Of a stretch of 64,000 nt of DNA, positions 52,796-64,000 are shown in pieces. The notes beneath the pieces were generated by a model, which was not told the DNA's origin, searched no databases, and was given only the letters and a program-made list of their open reading frames with translations. The stretch lies in assembly GCA_023213395.1 (NCBI GenBank), contig CM041465.1:101935741-101999740 (forward strand). The letters run 5' to 3'. The DNA comes from Cycas panzhihuaensis (taxonomy: Eukaryota; Plantae; Cycadophyta). Positions within the stretch are counted from its first letter, which is position 1. The number at the start of each line of letters is the position of its first letter. Position numbers and translations under genes: made by a program.

Positions 52796-53816
52796 ATTGA
52801 GCTTGAGAAGGCAAGGGAAAATAAGGACATGGAGAAGGTTCTCTCAAAATCCTATGGTTGGTAGTGAAAATAAAATCAAATTCCATAGGAAATCTGAATA
52901 TATAGTTAGCCTAATCCCCTTATATAACTTTATATCTACCTCCCATTCTTCCCTTTTAGATCACATTGTTGATATGGCCATCAAGACACCTCTGTTACAC
53001 CTATTTGAGCTAACAACCATTTTTGTGCCTAGGCCCCTCACCATGTTACTATTAATGCATGGCATCAATGGCCTTTTATCACCTCAGTTGAGCCTTTTTT
53101 ACCTCTAGACCACGTAGCTGCATAGGTAAGATTAAGTATACTCTTTTTCCCTTTCCTTTTTTATTTCATTTCTTTAATTATTAGATTACATGATAATCGT
53201 ATGGTTACTTAGCTGCTTGGATTGCTTGCCTGGTCCATTTTCTTGTGTATGATCCCTACCTATGATGACCAATAATCTAATCCAATGGTAATATTAAGCT
53301 CCCATGGTGAATCCCCTCCTGGCGATTGGTTCCTCACACGCTTTTGTAGCATAGCTTAGTGACTCTTAGCTTGTTCATACTCTTTTGTGACATCTTTTTC
53401 CTCTATGCCTCATTTATCTCTTAGTTTGCCAAGGGATGTTTATTAAGGTTTTTTCCTACAAAATAGTACCCTTCATTACTCACTCCATGTGAGGTTTGCT
53501 AATGTTTTCTAGTAGTGACTAGTTGGGCCTTTCGTACCTTAGCATGCATGGTTATCATTGTTACACTGAGTCCTGACTCATTTCAATGCATTCCTCATAT
53601 GTTTCTGATAATTTTCTATTCGTAGAGTGGCCTAGAATTGGCCTACCGGTCTTTAGGGGTATGTTTCAGGCCTTCCAACAGTCCACCTTATCATGTTTTT
53701 CCCCTTTTAATTGATATTTATTAGCTTTTTGCCAAAATTCTATGAACTTGTTGTCACCCTATCCCCTTGTTTGTCTACATTACTCTGATTATTGTGCCTC
53801 GCTAATATATTAGTGG

Positions 53817-56262
53817 TGTCACTAATTAATTCATGGTGCAATTATTATAAGTTTAAACATGACTAGAAACAACTAAAAATATATTTAACATGAGCCTAAC
53901 ATAGGATCTGGCCTCAGGATTAGCCCAGATCAGGCCATAACAATCCTAAGACCTCACCCAAACCATAAAAACCTTAATTCAAACTTATTTGCTCTCTCTT
54001 TAATAAACTGTTTCTACTCAACTCTACATTTCACTAAAAAAACTCTCATCCTCTTAACATCTACTTACAGTCCACGCATAGAACAACATTTCGATAAGGG
54101 AAAGCAAGTAAGATCAAGCTCTACAACACCATTAAATCAGCCCAAGCTACCAAATCATAAAGAAGCACTGGTTTCCTTCCCAAAAAATATAAATTTCTTC
54201 TCCAAGACTTTTAATTTCTTAGCTAAAAACATCCTTCTACCTCAACCTCTCCTTCAACCAAGAGGTAAGCTACATTGCTACAATTTTTGATTGCTAAAAC
54301 TCTTAAGTTTCCATTCTTTTCCTCAAATATCTATTGCATATGGTGTTGATTTTGAAATGTAGGAAAGGGTTCATATGTACTAGTCTCATTTCCTTGAGGA
54401 TATGGGAGGCAACACCTCCTTTTACCTACAAAATGCCTTGTTTCACTTCCAAACAAGTAGCAAATAGAGGATAGGGAGCCTAATCAACCAAGCGAAGTTA
54501 TAAGAAGGTCTATTTGCCCAAGTTCTGACTCTAACAGGCCCCTTCTACTTGGGCAACTCCCCTTCCCAAGCTTTACGACATCCTACTATACCTCCACCTT
54601 GCCATTGTAACATTTACGATTGTGAAACTTGCGCAACATTTTTCTTGTAACTTGATACACTCCTCTAAAACACCAATCCAACCAGCAACCTAGAGTGAGA
54701 CACCCATAGCCATTTAGGGAATGCCACCATATAATGGAGCTTTCCATCCTGAGGCAACCCCTCCCATCTTTTTCTCTTCCCCTTTTCTCTTCTCAACATT
54801 GTATGGAAACATTCTGTGGTAAAAATTAGAATTTGGTTTTCATTTTATTGTTGTAAGTTAGAAACTAGCATTTTAGCACATCATTGCTTGTAAAGAGTCA
54901 TTTCCTTTGTTATGTAGGTTAAAGGTCCCATATTAATAAGCAAGGTAGCAAATCGTAAGGAGGTAGTGCAATCCTTGTTTTGAGTATATTTTATGTTTCA
55001 TGTCCCTCTCTTTCTTTTATTTTGCACTAATTTGGATTAATATCTTGGGGAAGGTAAGCAAGCCCCACTTAAACTCCACCGATAACATCTACAATATCAA
55101 GATCAATAAAGTCACTAGCAAGGAGGATGCATGAAGAAGAGTTACGCCACTCTACCAACCATTGTGTATCTATGTGCATTCCGCTCAACCTTTTCTCTTC
55201 CTACCTCTCTCAGCCCCTTGACCTAAAGAAAATAAAAGTTTAGTAAAAAGGAAAATTTTTGTTTATATTCATGCATGCTTGCACATTACATAAGAAAGAA
55301 ACGTATGGCATAGACAAAATATTCTTTCTTTTTCTCTCATATTCAAAACAAAAGTCTGCATGTTTTCCCTTTCCCCTTATCTTTGCATATTGCATAGTGA
55401 AAAGATTTAAAATGAAAAAGGGCACATTGGCTTCCTCCTCATATAAATAGGAAATATCATTGCATTACTTTTATTTAATGCACTAGTAAAAGGGGCTAGT
55501 CATAAATAAGCAATCATTATATTCTTTTTCTTTCCTTTTGCTCCCTTAAATAATCCCTTAAGAGAAAAAGTAAAATAAGAGTGAGGGAGAGTAGCTAAGT
55601 TGTTTTTATTGCAAAGTGTTTACTTATTTTTGAAGCATCAAAATGATTACCATTATTGTAACACAAACCTAGTCCATAAATAAGAAAAACAACTACCCTT
55701 CTTTTCCTCCTTCTTACATTCAATGAAAAGTGCAAACCCTAGTCACAACTAAATGGTTATAACATCCTCTCACTCCTTGCGCCTTGATGTTGCAAACCCT
55801 AGCTTCTTAAGGGTAATCCTTTAGGTCCCAAACCAACTACCTTGGACCCTTGCTTGAAAAAAATCATAAGCGGATAATCCTCTTACCTATGCTCACTACT
55901 TCTTGTTATCAAACTAATAAATAAATGAGTAAGAGAAGCTAAGAAAATCAACAACCATTACCCCTCCTTCTCATCTCTAGGGTTAATTTCTATAAAGAAC
56001 TGTTGCCCTTTCCTCTCCTCCTCAAAAAAAGATTTTCTTCACCCTCTTTCACCTTAAGGATAGGAGATCCATATCTTGGCTACTTAGCAACACGAGGATG
56101 CCTTTGTCACCCCCTTTTATTTTGCATCAAGATGACCCCTTGGAAGAGAGGCAGCTTACACATGGTTGTGGGTCCTCAAACCTGCTTCTTGCCTCATCTT
56201 TATTAGCTTCTGTAGGTAGTAAGGATAGTCAAGACCTAATAACCCTTAAAGGCACACTTCCA
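53817..56262 (+). repeat. Putative 5' LTR of element G
   Basis: Start resembles F's LTR start (TGTCAC.AA..ATGGTG..TTATAAGT); ends in CA 1 nt before the PBS; otherwise not alignable to F's LTR by eye. Confidence 0.5.
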
Positions 56263-56263
56263 C

Positions 56264-56282
56264 TGGCAACCATACTAGGGAC
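56264..56282 (+). promoter_or_regulatory. Degenerate tRNA-Arg-type PBS of element G
   Basis: TGGCAACCATACTAGGGAC. Confidence 0.7.
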
Positions 56283-56424
56283 CCACCAATAAGGGAAAAC
56301 CATAAACCCCCTTTTTTGTATTAGTGTTAGCTTCCCTCTTTTCCTTCCATACCTCCTAGATTGGTTGGCTAACCCTCGATGTCTTCATTTCTCTTTTTAT
56401 CTTGCCCCTTACATGACTTTTAAA

Positions 56425-58780
56425 GTGAGACATAGATGCAACATTTCTCCCATCATTTATGTGGTCTTTCCCCAGTCTCAGAAGAACCCTCATATTCTTC
56501 TATCCCCTCATCTGATTCTGAATCGGCAATGAAGGAATACCCGTCAGAGTGGGCATAACATGCCTATGTCTCTGAAACTCAAGTTTAAACCTTAAGTTAC
56601 CTCCAAGATCCTGCTCAAGAGGGCGAAGATCCTATTTTCTATCTGATGACTAAGAACACTAAGATTTTCACCCATTCCCTATGCATGACGTAGGTTCATC
56701 CACCTCTGCGGAATACTATCACTCTAGTGAGAATTCTCATGAGGACTAACATGTGGGTCCCACCTCATACAAGTAGCCTTCTACCTCATATGAGCAAGCA
56801 AGAACCCCTCCTATAGATATAGTAGAGGTATTATGACAATGCTTTAGAGCTACAAGTGCCCAACTGCCTACAAAGTGGCTAAATAGCCTCTTTCATAATA
56901 TGGCACCATCTGTTACTAAACTTGTACCTTCTGTTTCATCTCAACCACCATCCATGGTAATGATAGGATTTGCTCTTATTATTTCCTCTTCTTCGCATGC
57001 CCCTCATGTCCAAGGGGCTCCCTAGGGAACACCCATATCCCAAATTAGGTTGAGCATGCCCCTTCCAAACCAAGCAGCCATGCCTCAACCTACCATGGTC
57101 CATGCCTCTTTCACACAACCTAGGGGACCCTCGCATCCCCAATCCTTAGGCCATGTAGGACCCATCACCGTGCATCATCCTCTATAACCAATGGACTCTT
57201 CCTTTACGTGCCCCTAGGGTACAGGTCCTAACCTTGGGGACATGGAAGGAAAAACCCTCTCACGGTTTATGGGGTAAATTCATTGCACCCTTATGGAGTT
57301 GCACCTCCTATAGGTAGCCCACATAGAAACAATCATATATCTCATCCTCTTTCCTTGTCTTCATGTTTGGCTTCGTACATGGTACCTTCCTTTAAAGGAT
57401 TTGTTCCTCCTCATGACCCTTACTCTTATATGTCCTCTTAACAAGAGGTGTACCTTCAAGGTAGAATGGGATCATCTCATATGCCTCCCTCCTATCTAGC
57501 CCTCCCTCAAATGGGAATGGCTCCTTCCCACTAAGTAGATGGGAATCCTTATCCCTCATATGCCCAAACCCCTCAAAGAGGAATTGGGTATCTGTATTTA
57601 CCTCCTCTCGTGCCTTCAATTGACCCTTTAGCTCAATCGAGGGTTCATCCTTTTGTTGACTATAAGTAAACACCCTACTATAAATTGAGGCACTCATGAC
57701 TAACCTAATGCCTCACCCTCCTGAGGTGCCCAAATTTGATGGTATCTTGTCACAAGACCCAATCAAATATGTCAAGAATTTCTCCATGGCATGCATCAAT
57801 TATTGGACTTATGATGACATATTGATGAAATTATTTTCTCATTCTTTGCATGAAGATGCCTTTAAATAGTTTTACCATCTTCCAACGCATTCAATTCACT
57901 CCTTCTAAAAGCTTATGGATGAGTTTGTCAACTACTTTGACGTGACTTGCCCCTTTGAGAATGGGATCAAAGCTCTTCTCTCCCTCAAACAAGGCCATGA
58001 TGAAATGAATTATGACTTTGTTAGGCATTTCCATGACCTCCTCCATTCCACGAAGGCTATGTTGCCTAAAGAACTGAAGAGGGATATTTTTATGAATGCC
58101 CTTAGACCCAAAGTCCACATCGACATCCTAAAAAAGAGGTGATGATGTGTGAGTCTGTCATAGCAAAATGCTTTATACTCAAGGCCATTGAGATCCAGGT
58201 AGGTATTAAGAAGCCTCTTAGGTTATCGCAATGATGGTAGGCACCCCCTTCATTACATGACCAATGACCCCAACAACCTCCAAGGCCCCCTACCTATATG
58301 ATGGAGAGGACCTTGTATCCCTTAACCTCTGCCATATACTCATTCGAGTGTATGATGAAGGAGTTAAAACTCTAGCCCTCCCAGTCACCTTTAGATTCTC
58401 GTAGGCCTATTTATCAGGCATCCTAAGTTGCACCTCCTAAAGGCAGAAACACCCAAACCTCTCAGGTAAAGAGGATGAGACCCTCCCCTGAGAAGAAATG
58501 GTACTTTGTCCATGGTGAGTGTCTTCATGAAGATTCACAATGTTGGGTGCAACACCTTGAGCTTGTCCTACAGCGTGATTCTTCTCTTAAATGGGTGTCT
58601 AGGCCTAACTTAGACTAACCCATTCATCATGATCCCTTCCCTAAACATGGGGAATAGGATCAATCCACTCAAGATAGAGGGACAAGGAATAGGGGATGAT
58701 CCCCTAACCCCACTCTGGATGAAATGAAGGGAAAGGGGGCAAGGAATTCATCTTCCACTCTTCGCCCTCATCCCTAGCCT
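56425..58780 (+). pseudogene. gag: Element G gag (degenerate)
   Basis: EVPKFDGILSQDPIKYVKNFSMACINY; LKQGHDEMNYDFVRHF..FMNALRP; KWYFVHGECLHEDSQC; colinear with F gag. Confidence 0.88.
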
Positions 58781-59593
58781 TCCTTATCCCAACATAAATT
58801 TATCTTGATGACTACAGAATACTTTACCAACTAGGTAGAAGCTATTCCACTAACCTCTACTACTGGAAAAATAATTACTACTTTTATCTATCAACATATT
58901 ATATGTTGATTGGGGGTCCCCGACATATTAATCATAAATAATAGTATGTCATTTTGTAATAAGGAGATGGATAAACTTTGTGAGAGATTCAAGATATCTC
59001 ACAAGACTTCATCACCCTTCAACCCCCTAGCTAATGGTTAAATTAAGTGGTTTAATAAGACCCTTATCAACATTTTGAAAGAGATGGTTACCTAATGCCA
59101 AAGGGATTGGCACCTTCAGCTTCATTCTATCCTATGGACCTATCGCACCTCTATCTTCTCAACAACAAGAATGTCCCCATTCTCCCTAGTATACATAATA
59201 AAAGTGGTTTTACACCTAGAGGTTAAGATCCCCTCCTTGAGGGTTTCTCTCAAGGGTCTCATCAATGAGGAGTCATGCATCCAAGACCACCTCCTAGACC
59301 TTGAAGCCCTGTACAATAAGTGCTTAGTCACGTACCAAGAAAATCTTGCTTCTAAGGCTAGAGTATATAAGACATATGACAAATGTCTACGTCTTCACCC
59401 CTTAAACTCTGGAGACCAAGTCCTCAAACTAAATTACCTCCACGATCGATTATTTAAATTTGACCCCAAATAGATGGGCCCCTTCGCTGTCCTCAAGAGC
59501 CTTAACAATGATGTGTATAGGATAGTGATGTTGGAATGACTTGAATTTGACAAAGTTGTAAATGGTAAAGTCCTAAAGAAATTCTATGTGTGA
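58781..59593 (+). pseudogene. Element G integrase core and C-terminus
   Basis: HKFILMTTEYFTN*VEAIPL; SSPFNP*ANG; DWHLQLHSILWTYRTS; FDPK*MGPF; VNGKVLKKFYV*. Confidence 0.9.
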
Positions 59594-60238
59594 CCCCTTC
59601 TACTTCTAAGTAGAATGGATGTCTTACCTTTTATTCAAAATGAGCCTAAACTACTTCCCAAATGCTTTTCCATGCCTTTACATTAGGCGCACGATGCATG
59701 TTTGGATCTTAGGTCATTTCTAATATTGATGAGGAATCCATGCACCTTTCTAAAGGAGTTGTTTGCCCCCTTTAACAACAAAGCACCCCCCTTTTGCTCA
59801 TATATTAGTAGTTGTTCAGTTGTATCAGTTTGTCATCACACCTATGGTTAGGGTTTCGTCTAAGGATGTGACTTAGCCTACTTCTAAGCATGAGTTATTG
59901 CTTGGAAAATCCCTTAAGGATAGTCCATATCCCTACTTTAATTATTTCTTAGGGTACTTGTACCTATTTAGTTACTTTCTTAGTAGGATCCCTATGTTCC
60001 ATTCAAGAAATAAGCATGATCCCCTCACACTAGTCTCATGTAAGATCACCTGCCACATAGGGTGATTGTGTATGCCTTGTTTGAGTTCCATGCTATGTAA
60101 AACAAAGCATTCAAGCTAAAATCATCTCTATATACATGATACAATAGAATGTAAATCAATCCATGCTATGATGTTTACATCCACATATCCATAATCAACA
60201 AAATAGGCAAAGTATATTAAAATGGGGTACCAATGTGG

Positions 60239-60240
<2 letters not shown>

Positions 60241-60316
<76 letters not shown>
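60241..60316. repeat. (TA)n microsatellite, ~38 units
   Basis: Perfect TA run. Confidence 0.98.
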
Positions 60317-60318
<2 letters not shown>

Positions 60319-60399
60319 AAATGAGTAATGGTACAAAGTATTAGCAACATGTGCCTAAGGAAGTTGGAATCCTTACAAGAATCCAAAATCCTTAAAGGA

Positions 60400-62805
60400 G
60401 GCAGGTACAATCATGCATCCATGTATGATGAGGAACCCCTTGGAGGTCTAAAGCTTTCTTGTCACAAAAGATCTATAGTACAATAGTCATGTGAGGCTGC
60501 CATATCCTCATGGTGTGTCACCTCTTAGCCTATTTTCTCCTTACTTGGAGACCACATCCCTCCTAAACTCCTCCTCCTCCTCTATGAGGTCCTGACCTCA
60601 CTCCCCTCCTCTATTACTCTCCTCTAGGATGGCATCATTATATGAGTCCTACTATGCAAAGACTGAGTAGCCATCTGGTCAACCAATTGATCATATCTCT
60701 CCCGTAGCCTGTCCCTCTCACTTAGTAATAGACCTTACTCTCTCTCCATCCTACAGATCCTTTCCTTGAGCATGGTGACCCTTGTGTTGCCCCCAACATC
60801 TCTGGCTCCCCCCCCTTGAGCTTTCAATACTTGCGCCTGAGCCTGCAGCTAGTCTCTCTCAGCCTGTAACTAGTCCCTCTCGTCTAATAACTCTTGGGCC
60901 TCTACAACCCATATATCTTACACTCATGTAAGTGAAGTGAAAGTTGAAGTGTACCTCCCTACTGACCTGGGCTCCTCATCGTCTATGATAGAAGGCTATC
61001 CCTCCTTGTATACCTGTGGGAAGAGCTTGGCAACCACCTGCCTCATCAACTTTCCTATATCATCTCCACCTATCATCCATGCAAATGAGGGTTTAGTAGG
61101 AGCATATGCAATAATCCATCAAAACCTAAATTATGTAAAGCATATCAAATAAACTCCATAAGTATCAAATGACCAAATCAAAAGCTAAAGCTAGAGTAGA
61201 CGGGAAGTCTCACCTCTTAAGGTGCCTAGCACCTCCTTAATTTCCATACCTATAGCTATAGTCACTATCTCCTCTCCTAGCTCCTTCTCCTCCTCCCATG
61301 TACTTGGTGCATCATCTCCCTTAGCATCCTCTCTACCTGTGACTAAAGCTACCTCTATCGCTATTGTTATCACTACCTCTACCTTTGGATCGTCGCCAAT
61401 AGCTCCCTCACCCTTCTCCTCATCCCCTAACTCCTCTCCTAGAGCATCAACTACCTCACCTCCCTCCTCATTGCTCCCCTAGTGGATAACATGATATGGG
61501 TCTCTTATATAGTTATCTAATGTGAGGAGATCTAAGGATGTAGTTACCATCGATCACCTGATGTATGTCAACTCTCTTACACTCTTGAATCATGTCTTCC
61601 ACCTATGCACCATTGAAGTACAGACTACTATAGGTTAGGGACATGCTGTTGGAGCCACTCCATAGAAGTGATCAAAAAACTAGCATTGGAGGAAGATGCA
61701 AAATGAAAATCCTCCTCATCCCACCCTCCTAATTTGGTCTAGCCAAGCTGTGAGATTAGCCACTATCAAAGCGGTCTAGTCAAAGCACTTCTCCTACTCA
61801 CATCTCCTCAATGTCATCATCCATCTCCCCAATATATCCACATAATTCTATTTTTAGGAGATTCATAATAGAGTAGAAAACACTATCATCTTCCTTACAT
61901 GAGGAATCTTTGACATGACGATGGATCTCAATGGTATACCCCTTCAGTCCCAGCAACCCCTACCTATGAAAAGTCTTGTAGCCTCTTGATGGGCTACATC
62001 TATGCTTGGGAGGGTCCCAATGCTATTGGTGCACCCCTATCTAGTACCCCCAGAATCCTTCTAACATCGGCAAGGGTGATAGTAACATCCCCTACTTAAG
62101 GGAGATAGAATACGTGCCTCCTACAGTCCTAGTGAAAAATTATATCTATTAAGAGGGCCTGGTCTTATGCATACTAAGGTGTATGAATGATCTTCTTCAA
62201 CCTACACCGCCATAAGATTTCCCTCTCTTATCTCTCTAGTAGGTCAATAAACTTAACCATAGCCTTGCCAATGTTTTTGTGGTTATCGATTGTGATAACG
62301 AGCTGCAAAAATAAGAAAGCACATCACCAATTAGCTAATCTCCTCTCTAACATCAAAAAATAAGAGAAATTAACATAAATTTTAAAGTACTTTAGTTTTC
62401 ATTAAATTGTCTTAGCACTACAAATATATTAGCGGGTCTTACTAGCTCCTCCTTGGCTCATGAGGAAGTTCACAGTCCCACAGCTTCTCGTACCAAAAAT
62501 TAATAAATAAATAAATAAAATATTTATTTTTTGTGAACTGTAACTAGTCCACTAGGACCAGGGCTCTCTAATGCCTTGGTCCAACCCCTTCTAAGCCCTC
62601 AAATGCATCCTGGAAGGATCAATTTGCCCACAAGGGGACCTAAACTATAATTAAAAGCACTACTAACAAAAATTCAAAATTAAGGGTTAAGACCCAGATC
62701 AGCATACTAGATTGGGTCTAAACGTGACCATCTCTTACTCTTAGACATAATGACTCTCCTTGTGTGATGATCTGACAGTCAAATCTCCTCCACTAAATGC
62801 ATGAT
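60400..62805 (-). pseudogene. Antisense, intron-containing PMD gene in element G
   Basis: DQALLIDIIFH*DCRRHVFYLP*VGDVTITLADVRRILGV..RG; acceptor TTTTGCAG at 62303-62310; donor AG|GTGAGA at 61213; coiled-coil tail DERD*LQAERD*LQAQ. Confidence 0.85.
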
Positions 62806-63408
62806 GGGATGGTAAATTAGGGTGTTAAAAGTCTAAAGAGTGTCAAAATGAATCATGTTTCTAACCCCCATCCTCCTTTTATTTGTGGAGCCATCTGAGG
62901 CACTACATCCTTTCTCCACCATGAAAGAGCCACCAGGATCATTTGTTCGGGCCCATCTTTGATCCCTTTAGGAACCAAGTCTATTTTCACCCTTAGAAAT
63001 ACCTTTTCCCTTCAGTTAGTATATTTATAATGCCTTCTCTCAGCCTTTCTCGTAAGCCCTCTGCTTGATTTTTGCACTGTTTGAAACACTGTTGAAGTTT
63101 ATACTCTATTAGCCTGTTTTGACACCCTAGATCTATTTTTGCCATCTGTAGAAGTCCCTAAGGCTTCTAATAGGATCTCCTTCCTACCATAGGTCCTAGT
63201 TGGCCCTGTACCAACCCTAAGGACTCATTGAACAACTTGTTGCTATGATAACTCTCTCCCATCTATAGGGCAGGCCCTCTATGAGCCTGGTAGCCTACCC
63301 ATAGGGCTCTCCTTTCCTCCCATCATTAGTTTTCTGATTTATTGTGAGTTATAAAAGTCCCTTTTAACCACTTCCTTTCCTTCTTATAACCATCTGCTTC
63401 TTTTCACT

Positions 63409-63810
63409 ATGACTCTGCTTATTTATATAGATGGTGCTAATTGTGGTAACCTAAGAACTTTTATAGTTGCATGGATCATTTGTGATCCCTCTAAGCATGA
63501 TATCATGTATTCTAGAGTGTACTTACCTGAGGCCATGAATAATGAGGATGAGTATACGACCATTATCTAGGCCCTTACCAATGCACTTCACTTCCATCAT
63601 GGACCCATCATCCTTCATTGTGTTTCTCAGGTCATCGTGTTACAACTAACTCAAATCTATTAAGTCTGTTACCCCTGACTGAGATCCTTTGCCTCGACCG
63701 CTAGGTCTCTCTTATCCTTCTTTTCCTTGGTGGATATCTAGCATATCCCCCATGATCAGAATGTCGAAGTAGATAGCCTCATTCACTTTATCCTTGAACA
63801 TTGCCTCTAA
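63409..63810 (+). pseudogene. Stand-alone archaeal-type RNase H (aRH) ORF, 133 aa with four internal stops
   Basis: One frame: MTLLIYIDGANCGNL..AWII..AMNNEDEYTTII*AL..ILHC(V)SQVIVLQL..HIPHDQNVEVDSL; matches the DG/NNxAEY/DSQ/HIPR.N..AD RNase HI motifs. Confidence 0.88.
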
Positions 63811-64000
63811 TCCTTAAATGATCCATTGTCAACTTAGTATGTTGGCCCACTTAAGGTGTTTGTTATAGCTCGTTGCATTAGGATGATAAGGCATCCCCCC
63901 ATCTCCTCCTTACTTATTTCCCATTTATTTTATAGGGATTCTAATCCCACTCTATCCTCCAATATTATATCACCATCTTAGGTGTCACCATGGGCAACCC

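Larger units (their letters stand above)
40435..53816 (+). mobile_element. Tat-lineage Ty3/Gypsy element F (3' LTR not in window; apparently interrupted by G)
   Basis: ~1.9-kb LTR starting TGTCAC; degenerate tRNA-Arg PBS; GAG-PR-RT-RH-INT with Tat/Ogre-like motifs; long 3' region with an antisense PMD gene. Confidence 0.88.
53817..64000 (+). mobile_element. Tat-lineage element G, internal-deletion derivative (gag joined to INT core); runs off the window end
   Basis: LTR-like ~2.4 kb starting TGTCAC; PBS at 56264; gag homologous to F; INT core; PMD gene; aRH ORF. Confidence 0.85.

Noticed and set aside
53817-56262. Region as the 3' LTR of F (shared LTR in a tandem array)
   Set aside because: Not alignable to 40435-42371 beyond the first ~40 nt and no PPT precedes it; insertion of G into F fits better.
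60128-60319. ORF MYIYIYIY...
   Set aside because: Translation of the (TA)n microsatellite.
61222-61482. Ser/Pro-rich plus-strand ORF
   Set aside because: Antisense shadow of the E/G-rich linker of the PMD gene.
63983-64000. TGTCAC at the window end as the start of G's 3' LTR
   Set aside because: No PPT in front and the following bases do not match 53817 or 40435; only 18 nt visible.

Overview
This window is AT-rich plant heterochromatin made almost entirely of decayed, nested LTR retrotransposons. I found no host gene, tRNA, rRNA or CRISPR array. The host is probably a large-genome gymnosperm or fern (inferred from the element lineages and heavy C>T/G>A decay). From left to right: (A) a 5'-truncated Copia (~1.3-5.3 kb) interrupted by a solo LTR with an AGGAC TSD, followed by minus-strand LTR/PBS and Copia RT-RNaseH remnants. 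(B) a Copia (~11.7-35.6 kb) split by three TSD-flanked insertions: a full-length Copia C (13474-21068), a non-autonomous Gypsy-type gag-protease element D (22373-27639) and a minus-strand chromovirus E (28532-35278). More Copia fragments lie at 35.6-40 kb. Two related Tat-lineage Gypsy elements follow: F (from 40435) and G (from ~53817, PR-RT-RH deleted). Each carries an antisense, intron-containing plant-mobile-domain (PMD) gene after integrase, and G also has a free-standing archaeal-type RNase H ORF oriented divergently from it. All coding regions are pseudogenised. The most unusual observations are the PMD/aRH divergent cassette, a second capsid-like domain in place of RT in D, D's GTAC-rich LTRs, and recurrent hairpin motifs. 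All alignments and counts were done by eye.
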